Shown: in pieces, positions 30,791 through 38,539 of the stretch
Layout of the letters: every line of letters starts with the position of its first letter
Position numbering within the stretch: the first letter of the stretch is position 1
From: an uncultured Collinsella sp.
GTDB taxonomy: Bacteria; Actinomycetota; Coriobacteriia; Coriobacteriales; Coriobacteriaceae
DNA: 64,000 nt
NCBI GenBank assembly: GCA_900550415.1
Contig: URSO01000002.1
Coordinates: forward strand, 3,657-67,656
Reading direction: 5' to 3'
Program-made: the position numbers and the translations under genes
Notes under the pieces: generated by a model
What the model saw: the letters and a program-made list of their open reading frames with translations, nothing else
Database searches by the model: none
Told to the model about the DNA's origin: nothing

Positions 30791-33283
30791 ATGGCGGTGT
30801 CGCAACAACCAAGCGCTATCGAGGTGCGTGGCGCGCGTGTCCATAACCTTAAGGACATCGATATCGATATTCCGCTGGGAAAGCTGGTGGGTATTGCCGG
30901 CGTGTCGGGCTCGGGCAAGAGCTCGCTGGCGCTGGGTGTTTTGTATGCCGAGGGCTCGCGCCGTTACCTGGAGGCGCTCAGCACCTATACCCGCCGTCGG
31001 CTGACGCAGGCAGAGCACGCTCAGGTGGACGAGGTGCTGCACGTGCCGGCGGCACTCGCATTGCATCAGCGCCCCAGTGTACCGGGCGTGCGCTCGACTT
31101 TTGGCACCATGACCGAGCTCAACAACAGTCTGCGTCTGCTCTTTAGCCGCTGCGCCCATCACGTGTGCCCGCATTGCGGGGCGCGTGTGGAGCCGAGCCT
31201 TAACGTGGCCGCGGGCCTGTCGCTCGCGTGCCCCGCATGCGGCCGCGAGTTCTATGCGCCGGGGGCCGAGGACCTTGCCTTTAACAGTGGCGGCGCGTGT
31301 CCTACCTGCGGAGGCACCGGCGTCATGCGCGAGGTGGACGAGGCGAGCCTGGTGCCCGACGAGTCAAAGACCATCAACGAGGGTGCGGTGCTTCCCTGGG
31401 GCACGCTGATGTGGGACCTGATGAAGCAGGTGGCCGGCGAGATGGGCGTGCGCACCGACGTGCCGTTTAGCCAGCTCACGCCTCAAGAGCGCGACATCGT
31501 GTTCCATGGCCCGGCAGTTAAGAAGCACATTCTCTACGTTCCCAAAAATGGCGAGGGCGCCACGCCGCTCGACTTTACCTATTACAACGCCGTCTATACC
31601 GTCGAGAATGCACTCGCCAAGGTTAAGGACGATAAGGGGCTCAAGCGCGTTGCGCGCTTTTTGCGCGAGGGACCGTGCCGCGATTGCGGCGGCACGCGTC
31701 TTTCCGACGCCGCGCGCCAGCCCCAGGTGCGCGGTATCAATCTGGCGCAGGCGGCAGCCATGACGTTGGGCGAGGCGATTGAGTGGGTGCGCGGGGTGCC
31801 CGCATCCTTGCCGACCGAGATGCGGCCCATGGCCGGGGACATCTGCGATTCGTTTTTGAGTACGGCCCGCCGCCTGGTCGACCTGGGCCTCGATTACCTT
31901 TCGCTCGACCGCGCCGGTGCCACGCTGTCTACGGGTGAGCGCCAGCGCGTGCAGCTTGCCCGCGTGGTGCGCAACCGATCGACGGGTGTGCTGTATGTGC
32001 TGGACGAGCCTTCGATCGGCTTGCATCCTGCCAATGTCGACGGCCTGGTGGGCGTAATGCGCGATCTGGTGGATGACGGCAACACCGTGGTTGTTGTCGA
32101 CCACGACACGCGCGTGCTGGCAGAAGCCGACTATCTGGTCGAGATGGGCCCCGTTGCGGGAGCAGGCGGCGGCCATGTAATCGCCGCCGGTACGGTAGAC
32201 GAGGTCGAACAATCGCAGGGCAGCCGCATCGCGCCGTTCTTGCGCTCGGACCCCAAGCGTCTGCGCCCGCAGGTGGCTGACGACGAAATGTTCGACCTAG
32301 GCCATATCCGCATGGCGACCGATGCCATCCATACCGTCAAACCACTCGAAGTCGATATCCCGCGCGGCCGCCTTGTCGCGGTGACGGGTGTTTCGGGTTC
32401 GGGCAAGACGACACTGGTGCTCGAGACGCTCATCCCGGCGCTCAAGGCACAGGCGGCCGGCGAGCGCCTGCCAAGGCACGTGCGTTGGGTCGATGCCGAG
32501 GGCATCGCGCGCGCCAACCTGATTGACGCCACGCCCATCGGCGCCAACGTACGCTCGACGGTAGCGACCTATGCCGACATCCATGATGAGCTGCGCCGCG
32601 CCTTCGCCCGTACGCCCGAGGCCAAGGCGGCAGGATATAAAGCGGGTGCCTTTAGCTACAACACTGGCGCTTTGCGTTGCCCCACGTGCGATGGCACGGG
32701 CTCGATATCACTTGACGTGCAGTTTTTGCCCGATGTCGAGATCGTCTGTCCTGCATGTCGCGGCTCGCGTTATGCAGACGCAGCCTCGCATATTCATCGC
32801 GAGGGCAAGGACGGCAGTCTGCTCACGTTGCCGCAGCTCATGGACATGAGTGTGGACGAGGCCCTCGACGCCACGGTGGGACTCAAGAAAGTTCAGGCGC
32901 GCCTGCAGACCTTGCATGGCCTGGGTCTGGGCTACCTGACACTTGGCGAGCCCACGCCGGCGCTCTCGGGCGGCGAGGCGCAGCGACTTAAGCTTGCGAG
33001 CGAGATGGGCCGCGTGCAGGACGATGCCGTATTCGTGTTCGACGAGCCCACCATCGGCCTGCATCCGCTCGATGTTCAGGTACTGCTGAGCGTGTTTGAC
33101 GGACTCGTTGCCAAGGGCGCCACGGTCATCGTGATCGAACACGACCTCGACCTTATCCGTAACGCCGATTACGTGATCGACATGGGCCCGGGCGGCGGTG
33201 ACGCAGGCGGACAAATCGTCTGCACCGGCACGCCGGATGACACTGCGGCCTGCTCCGCAAGCGTCACTGGCCGCTACCTCTAG
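30791..33283 (+). CDS. UvrA-like ABC ATPase (class II UvrA / DrrC-like)
   Basis: GARVHNLK, two GVSGSGK Walker A motifs, CxxC Zn fingers, LSGGEAQRLKLA; short (830 aa). Confidence 0.88.
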   Translation: MAVSQQPSAIEVRGARVHNLKDIDIDIPLGKLVGIAGVSGSGKSSLALGVLYAEGSRRYLEALSTYTRRRLTQAEHAQVDEVLHVPAALALHQRPSVPGVRSTFGTMTELNNSLRLLFSRCAHHVCPHCGARVEPSLNVAAGLSLACPACGREFYAPGAEDLAFNSGGACPTCGGTGVMREVDEASLVPDESKTINEGAVLPWGTLMWDLMKQVAGEMGVRTDVPFSQLTPQERDIVFHGPAVKKHILYVPKNGEGATPLDFTYYNAVYTVENALAKVKDDKGLKRVARFLREGPCRDCGGTRLSDAARQPQVRGINLAQAAAMTLGEAIEWVRGVPASLPTEMRPMAGDICDSFLSTARRLVDLGLDYLSLDRAGATLSTGERQRVQLARVVRNRSTGVLYVLDEPSIGLHPANVDGLVGVMRDLVDDGNTVVVVDHDTRVLAEADYLVEMGPVAGAGGGHVIAAGTVDEVEQSQGSRIAPFLRSDPKRLRPQVADDEMFDLGHIRMATDAIHTVKPLEVDIPRGRLVAVTGVSGSGKTTLVLETLIPALKAQAAGERLPRHVRWVDAEGIARANLIDATPIGANVRSTVATYADIHDELRRAFARTPEAKAAGYKAGAFSYNTGALRCPTCDGTGSISLDVQFLPDVEIVCPACRGSRYADAASHIHREGKDGSLLTLPQLMDMSVDEALDATVGLKKVQARLQTLHGLGLGYLTLGEPTPALSGGEAQRLKLASEMGRVQDDAVFVFDEPTIGLHPLDVQVLLSVFDGLVAKGATVIVIEHDLDLIRNADYVIDMGPGGGDAGGQIVCTGTPDDTAACSASVTGRYL

Positions 33284-33287
33284 CAGA

Positions 33288-33318
33288 ATGTGACAAAGGG
33301 ACAGTCCCTTTGTCACAT
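33288..33318. repeat. 31-bp palindrome P3
   Basis: ATGTGACAAAGGGAC-A-GTCCCTTTGTCACAT between convergent stop codons. Confidence 0.92.
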
Positions 33319-33325
33319 CCGATGC

Positions 33326-34426
33326 CTATTTCACGCATTGAGCGGCGAGATAGTCGCGGAAGAACGGTAATTCAAAAGCGACGATTCCGCGCCCGCGTTC
33401 TCCAATGATGCCGGCGTCTATCATGCGGCGTCGGTAGCGGGAGACCTGTTGCGGCGAACGCTTAAGGCGCTCGACAAGGTCAGCGGTGGTGGACTCTTCT
33501 TCGTCATCGAGCATGGCGATGAGAAATCGCTTGTCCTCCGCAGTGAGTTCCCGATAGGTCGCTGCGAGGATCCGGTCGTCCATTTCATCGCGTGCGATTT
33601 TGATTCCCTGGTCAAAGTCGCGAGATGATATTTCCCTCGAGTTGCTCGTGAGATCCCAGGCGCGGTAACCCACAAGCTGCAAAAGGAAAGGAAAGCCCGA
33701 AATCGAGCGAACGGCCTTATCGATTCCCTCGGCATCCGCCAGACGGTCGTTTTCCTGGATCGTTCGGATCAAGGCCTCGCGTACATCGTAGTCGGCGATA
33801 CGCCCCAGATGATATTGCTGGGCGCGACGAAGGAACGAGACCGTCTTGTGGTTCAGCAACGTCGAGACGTTGTTGGGAAGTCCCGCCATGAGTAGAGCGA
33901 CGCGTTTCCCATCGGTCACAAAGTGCTGATACGTGGCTGCGAGCTGGATCATCTCGTCGAGCGTCGGGTCGACCTCATCAACCGTGACGAGTAGACCGGT
34001 GCCCGTTTCGTTGAGCTGGTCGATGATGTCGCTCATGCGATAACGCCAAGTCGAGGCATCGTGAACGCGATTGACCTCGATACTGCCGAGCGGCGCGATT
34101 CCGAGACCGGTGACTTCGAAGTTGTTAGACGGGTTGATGAGATGGCCTGCAGCACGTTTCGCCCCGAGCTCGATTTCCTCAAGCATTCCCGAGAGCGCGG
34201 TCGTCTTTACCGCTATCCAGCCGTGGGATTCCGCCCTTGTTGCGAGCGACGACATGAGAGCGGTTTTACCGGTTCCACGCGCGCCTGAGAAGATCGAGGT
34301 CAATTCCGGGCGTCTACGCTGGCTCAAGAAGGCACGGTCCAAATCCCGAATAATCTGTTGTCTGCCGGCGAGATGGGCAGGAACCTCACCAAAACTGGGG
34401 GTAAACGGGTTCTCGAGATATTCCAC
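33326..34426 (-). CDS. AAA ATPase with probable C-terminal wHTH (paralog 2)
   Basis: NPFTPSFGEVP..LAGR, Walker A GARGTGKT, Walker B VTVDE, FLRRAQQ. Confidence 0.85.
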   Translation of the reverse strand: MEYLENPFTPSFGEVPAHLAGRQQIIRDLDRAFLSQRRRPELTSIFSGARGTGKTALMSSLATRAESHGWIAVKTTALSGMLEEIELGAKRAAGHLINPSNNFEVTGLGIAPLGSIEVNRVHDASTWRYRMSDIIDQLNETGTGLLVTVDEVDPTLDEMIQLAATYQHFVTDGKRVALLMAGLPNNVSTLLNHKTVSFLRRAQQYHLGRIADYDVREALIRTIQENDRLADAEGIDKAVRSISGFPFLLQLVGYRAWDLTSNSREISSRDFDQGIKIARDEMDDRILAATYRELTAEDKRFLIAMLDDEEESTTADLVERLKRSPQQVSRYRRRMIDAGIIGERGRGIVAFELPFFRDYLAAQCVK

Positions 34427-34512
34427 AAGGCTCTCCTTTCACATCGGCGTTTAACTCCATTTTATTCTAGTTAATTCTGATTAAAAGCGACGGCTCGTTA
34501 TTTGGTGCATCA

Positions 34513-34543
34513 ATGTGACAAAGGGACAGTTCCTTCGTCACAT
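34513..34543. repeat. 31-bp palindrome P4
   Basis: ATGTGACAAAGG-GACAGTT-CCTTCGTCACAT; contains the trmL stop codon on the minus strand. Confidence 0.9.
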
Positions 34544-35137
34544 TCCAGGAAAGCCTGTCTGGCGCAGGGCCTCGTATAGGACGATGGCGGCGCTGTTGGA
34601 GAGGTTGAGTGCGCTGATGCGGTAGTCGGCCGGGTCGATAAAGTTGCCGCAGATATCCTGCCGAAGGATGGCCTCGTGGCTGTCCTCGGTATGCCCCAGC
34701 GATTCCTCGTGGGCTTCCCATGTCTCGGCGTTGTCAAGCGAATCGCAATCGCGCAGCATCGGGATGCGCTCGCAGCGCTCGGACTCCGCGGCAAGCAGTG
34801 GCTCGGGGATGCCTGAGCTCTCGCTGCCAAAGACCAAGTAGTCGCCGTCGCGGTAGGTGCTTTGCGCATAGGTGCGGCGTGCCTTTTTGGTCAGCAGATG
34901 CAGGCGCTCGTCGGCGGGGGAGAGGCCGTTGCGCGCAAGGAAATCCTCCCAGCCGGCATAGGTCGTCACGTCCAAGTTTTGCCAGTAGCCCAGGCCGGCG
35001 CGACGCACTGTCTTGTCGTCGAGCGAAAACCCCAGCGGCTCCACCAGATGCAGGCGGGTACCGGTAACCACGCAAGTGCGGCCGATATTGCCCGTATTGG
35101 CCGGAATCTCGGGCGCATACAGCACAATGTTGAACAT
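34538..35137 (-). CDS. trmL: tRNA (cytidine/uridine-34 2'-O)-methyltransferase, SPOUT family
   Basis: IVLY.PEIP.NTGNI.R.C, RRAGL.YW, FGSES.G, LNLSNS. Confidence 0.92.
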   Translation of the reverse strand: MFNIVLYAPEIPANTGNIGRTCVVTGTRLHLVEPLGFSLDDKTVRRAGLGYWQNLDVTTYAGWEDFLARNGLSPADERLHLLTKKARRTYAQSTYRDGDYLVFGSESSGIPEPLLAAESERCERIPMLRDCDSLDNAETWEAHEESLGHTEDSHEAILRQDICGNFIDPADYRISALNLSNSAAIVLYEALRQTGFPGM

Positions 35138-35157
35138 GAATCTCCTTGGCTCAGAAC

Positions 35158-35193
35158 GAAAAACCACCACGAAGGGCACCTTCGTGGTGGTTT
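35158..35193 (-). terminator. Rho-independent terminator after the COG0523 gene
   Basis: AAACCACCACGAAG/CTTCGTGGTGGTTT hairpin with a U-run on the minus strand. Confidence 0.7.
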
Positions 35194-35232
35194 GGCGGTT
35201 ACGTAGGCGGAAAAATACTCGCTTGGATAAAC

Positions 35233-36363
35233 CTAGGCGCGGTGCCAGTCGGTCAGGCAGGCATCGAGGGAGGCGATGAGTGCATCCTTGTCCATGTGAC
35301 GGCCGATGATGCACAGGCTCGTCATGCGGTCGCCCGTCTCGTCGTCCCAAATCTGCATGATCTCGGGGTTCTCGTCGATAATCTTCTGCTTCTCGCTCTC
35401 GGGCGCAGAATCGACAAACAGACCGTTCTCCATCAGACGCATCTGGTGGCCGGCCTGCTCAAACATGTAGCACATGTCCGGATCGCCGGTCTGCCACAGC
35501 GGGCCCTTGACGCGAATGACCTCGTCGGGCCACTCCTGCTCTACAAAGTCGGTGAACTTCTGCAGGTCAAACGGCTTGCGGCGCGAGTACACAAAGGTCT
35601 CGATGTCGTACTCGAGCACCTCGGGGTCGTCGTGCTCCTCGGGATGCTCCATGGCCTCGATCCAGGCGGCGGAGTTGTAGGCGCGCATAAAGTCGAAGCG
35701 GTCGGTGTCGAGCAGCTCCTCCATGGGGACCTCGCCGTTTTGAGCCTCGACAATCACAGCGTCCTTCTGCAGGCTGCGCACGATGGCCTTGAGCTCGTCG
35801 ATCTGCTCAGGGCTCACGGTATCGGTCTTGTTGAGGATCAGCGTGGAGCAAAACTCGATCTGCTGGATGAGCAGGCTTTCGATGTCGTCCTCGTCGATAT
35901 CCTCGGCCAGCAGGTCGCGGCCACCGTTGAACTCGTCGTACATGCGGGCGCAGTCGACCACGGCCACGATGTTGTCGAGCGCGAGTTTGGGCTCGCCGCC
36001 CACCTTGGCCTCGTCGCAGAAGCTCGAGATGGTGTAGGCGATGGGGATAGGCTCGCAAATACCCGAGGCCTCGATGATGATGTAGTCGAACTTGCCCGAA
36101 TCGGCGATGCCCTGCAGCTGGTTGGCCAGGTCGTCCGAAAGCGTGCAGCAGATGCAGCCGTTGGTGAGCGGGATGAGGTCGTCGGTCTCGGAAAGGCCGC
36201 CGTCGGCGATAAGGCTGGCGTCAACGTTGATCTCGCCGATATCGTTGACGATCACGGCGGCGCGGATGCCGCCGTCGTTAGCGAGGATGTGGTTGAGCAG
36301 CGTGGTCTTGCCGGCACCGAGGTATCCGGTAAGCATGATGATCTTCACGGGTTTGTTGGGCAT
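35233..36363 (-). CDS. COG0523/CobW family metallochaperone GTPase
   Basis: TGYLGAGKTT, VNDIGEINVD, GCICC, EASG, LNKTD. Confidence 0.92.
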   Translation of the reverse strand: MPNKPVKIIMLTGYLGAGKTTLLNHILANDGGIRAAVIVNDIGEINVDASLIADGGLSETDDLIPLTNGCICCTLSDDLANQLQGIADSGKFDYIIIEASGICEPIPIAYTISSFCDEAKVGGEPKLALDNIVAVVDCARMYDEFNGGRDLLAEDIDEDDIESLLIQQIEFCSTLILNKTDTVSPEQIDELKAIVRSLQKDAVIVEAQNGEVPMEELLDTDRFDFMRAYNSAAWIEAMEHPEEHDDPEVLEYDIETFVYSRRKPFDLQKFTDFVEQEWPDEVIRVKGPLWQTGDPDMCYMFEQAGHQMRLMENGLFVDSAPESEKQKIIDENPEIMQIWDDETGDRMTSLCIIGRHMDKDALIASLDACLTDWHRA

Positions 36364-36449
36364 GTGCCCTCCTTTGTTAGACATGGCTTACAGTTGAATC
36401 ATATGCCAAACGCCTGCTCTTATACCCACGCGCTGGCAAATAACACAGG

Positions 36450-36791
36450 CTACTCCCAGGCTCCCCATACATCAGGGCAATAACCGACGGTGGCCTTTTT
36501 GCCGTTGCGCACGATGGGCTCGGCCAGAACCTGCTGGTTCTCGAGCAGCTTGTCGAAGCGCTGGCTGGGGGTGAGGTGCTGGATGAGCGCGAGCGTCTCC
36601 TCGTCCTTGGCTTTGGGGTTGAGCAGCTTGTCGATGCCGCCGACCGCCTGCATCACGCTTGTGAGCTCGCCCTTGCTCATCTCCTTTTCCTTAAGGTCGA
36701 TAAACTGCACCTTAATGCGGCGCTCCTTAAAATAACGCTGGGCCTTCTTGGTGTCGAAGGACTTTTTGGTACCGAAGATCTGCACGTTCAT
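36450..36791 (-). CDS. ArsC/Spx family protein
   Basis: IFG.KK.FDTKKA.RYFKER, L..PIVR.G..ATVG. Confidence 0.8.
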   Translation of the reverse strand: MNVQIFGTKKSFDTKKAQRYFKERRIKVQFIDLKEKEMSKGELTSVMQAVGGIDKLLNPKAKDEETLALIQHLTPSQRFDKLLENQQVLAEPIVRNGKKATVGYCPDVWGAWE

Positions 36792-36976
36792 GTATTTGTT
36801 CCGCCGTTCTAACGAACGGCGGTCACATCGACGCTGCAAAGCCATCTGATGGGCAATCTGCCTTTCAATCGTCGGGCGCGGGCAAAAACCCAGCGCCCTC
36901 CTCTTTCAAGGCACCTTTCCTCATCAGCTGGCTTTTCGCTGACATTGATAGAGCATCGAGGTGACCACCGCTGGAC

Positions 36977-37600
36977 TTATCGAATAAAGTTGGTGCGCGC
37001 GCGATCGGCCTGGGGGGCTTCGATGCCGGCGGCCTTTCCCGCCTCGATGCAACGCAGCAGCCAGGCCATGTTTTTGCCGATATTGCGCATGGTGGCAAGG
37101 CCCTCGGCGTCTTGGGCGGCCTCGCCCGGCATGGCGCCAAAGACGTTGTTCCAGTAGGTGGACGCTACCACGGGCATCTGGTTGATGGTGAAGTACTTGT
37201 TGAGCACATCGAAGGTGGTCGACGTGCCGCCGCGACGGGCGACGGCGACTGCGGCGCCGGGTTTGTGCTCAAAGGCATGCCCGCCTGCATAGAATGCGCG
37301 GTCGAGTGCCGAGAGGATGCGTCCGCTGGGATGTGCGTAGTAGACGGGCGAGCCAAAGACAAAGCCGTCTGCCTGCTCGGCAGCGGCAATCAGCTCGTTG
37401 ACCACATCGTCGTCAAAGGTGCAACGGCAATCGAGCTTGCCGCACTGGCCGCAACCAATGCAATCGCGAATGGGCTTGGCGCCCAGCTGAAACATCTCGG
37501 CCTCGATGCCTTCGGCGTTAAGCTGCTCGGCGACCTCGGCGAGTGCGCGGGCCGTGTTGCCGTTTGCCTTGGGGCTGCCATTGACCAAAAGAACCTTCAT
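36977..37600 (-). CDS. Flavodoxin family (iron-sulfur flavoprotein-like) protein
   Basis: NGSP...GNT, CIGC..C....C, FGSPVYY, RRGG. Confidence 0.88.
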   Translation of the reverse strand: MKVLLVNGSPKANGNTARALAEVAEQLNAEGIEAEMFQLGAKPIRDCIGCGQCGKLDCRCTFDDDVVNELIAAAEQADGFVFGSPVYYAHPSGRILSALDRAFYAGGHAFEHKPGAAVAVARRGGTSTTFDVLNKYFTINQMPVVASTYWNNVFGAMPGEAAQDAEGLATMRNIGKNMAWLLRCIEAGKAAGIEAPQADRARTNFIR

Positions 37601-37674
37601 CACAAACTCCCTCTGCTGTCGGTGACTTCTGCAGAGGATTATCGCACGAGCGGGCAGATGGCGTGGGGCACGAT

Positions 37675-37820
37675 GCCGGCCCCGAGGGCCCACGGCAGGC
37701 ACGCTTACCAGGTACGAGCGGGATACGGTCCAGAGGATGTTGGAGTGCGGGGCCTCGTGCGAGCAGATTGTAAGGGGTCTGGGCGGGTCGCCCTCGATGG
37801 CGAGCTTTGAGGCCTTGGAA
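37675..37820 (+). mobile_element. Decayed IS30-family transposase N-terminal (HTH) remnant
   Basis: Frame from 37704 reads LTRYERDTVQRMLECGASCEQIVRGLGGSPSMASFE, resembling the IS30 LT..ER..I......G.S...IA..LGRS.ST.S.E motif; frameshifted, with no DDE core. Confidence 0.6.
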
Positions 37821-37913
37821 GGCGGGCTGCTGCGGCGGCTATGGTTTATACTAAGGCGGTTGCTATCGAGTAATTCATACTTGGTTTGATTCGATTGTGA
37901 ACGCGTAACTAGG

Positions 37914-38255
37914 ATGGAAAGCAAAGGAAACTCTATGGAAACAGAGGATGCTGTTTGCTTGATGACTTCGATTGCCTTGATTGTCCTTTCAATCCAATAC
38001 CGAAGAGGAAGATGGCTCTGCTCAATTGCTGGATATGATGTCACAAAAAGGGAGAGCGAGATTGATATACGCCCTTACGCAAAGCTGATTTCTTCTGTGA
38101 CGTTATGGATGGGGCTGCTGTTTTTCTTGTGGGCGGTAGAGGGCTGGGTACGCGATTGGAATACCAGCGTTTTTGAAGTTTTGGTTCTACTTCTGTTCAG
38201 CTTGGCCTCTTTGTCGTTCGTGCGGCTCGTTAGGTTTGTGTTTATGAGGCGATAG
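37914..38255 (+). CDS. Low-GC small membrane protein, DUF3784-like
   Basis: About three TM helices and a G.W..SIAGY motif; AT-rich relative to the flanks. Confidence 0.55.
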   Translation: MESKGNSMETEDAVCLMTSIALIVLSIQYRRGRWLCSIAGYDVTKRESEIDIRPYAKLISSVTLWMGLLFFLWAVEGWVRDWNTSVFEVLVLLLFSLASLSFVRLVRFVFMRR

Positions 38256-38539
38256 CCAGCGGAAGTGGCTGGACGACAAAATGGACCAATGCAGCCAATT
38301 GTCAATAGAATTTGATAGGCTTGGCTTAACAGATTTACTCGAGGGCATATCCGTGGCGGAGGATAGGTTCTATCTTGTTGAGCACTTATTTGCATCAGGC
38401 AAAGTAAACCAAGAGTATCGAAACGGTGCCCCCGGGCCCCGGGAGGGACTGAGGGGACGTTCGGCTAACTGCGGGTACGACCTATTTGCCCAATGTGTTC
38501 GGTTGAGATCGGAAATTAACCATCATGCGCCCCATAACG

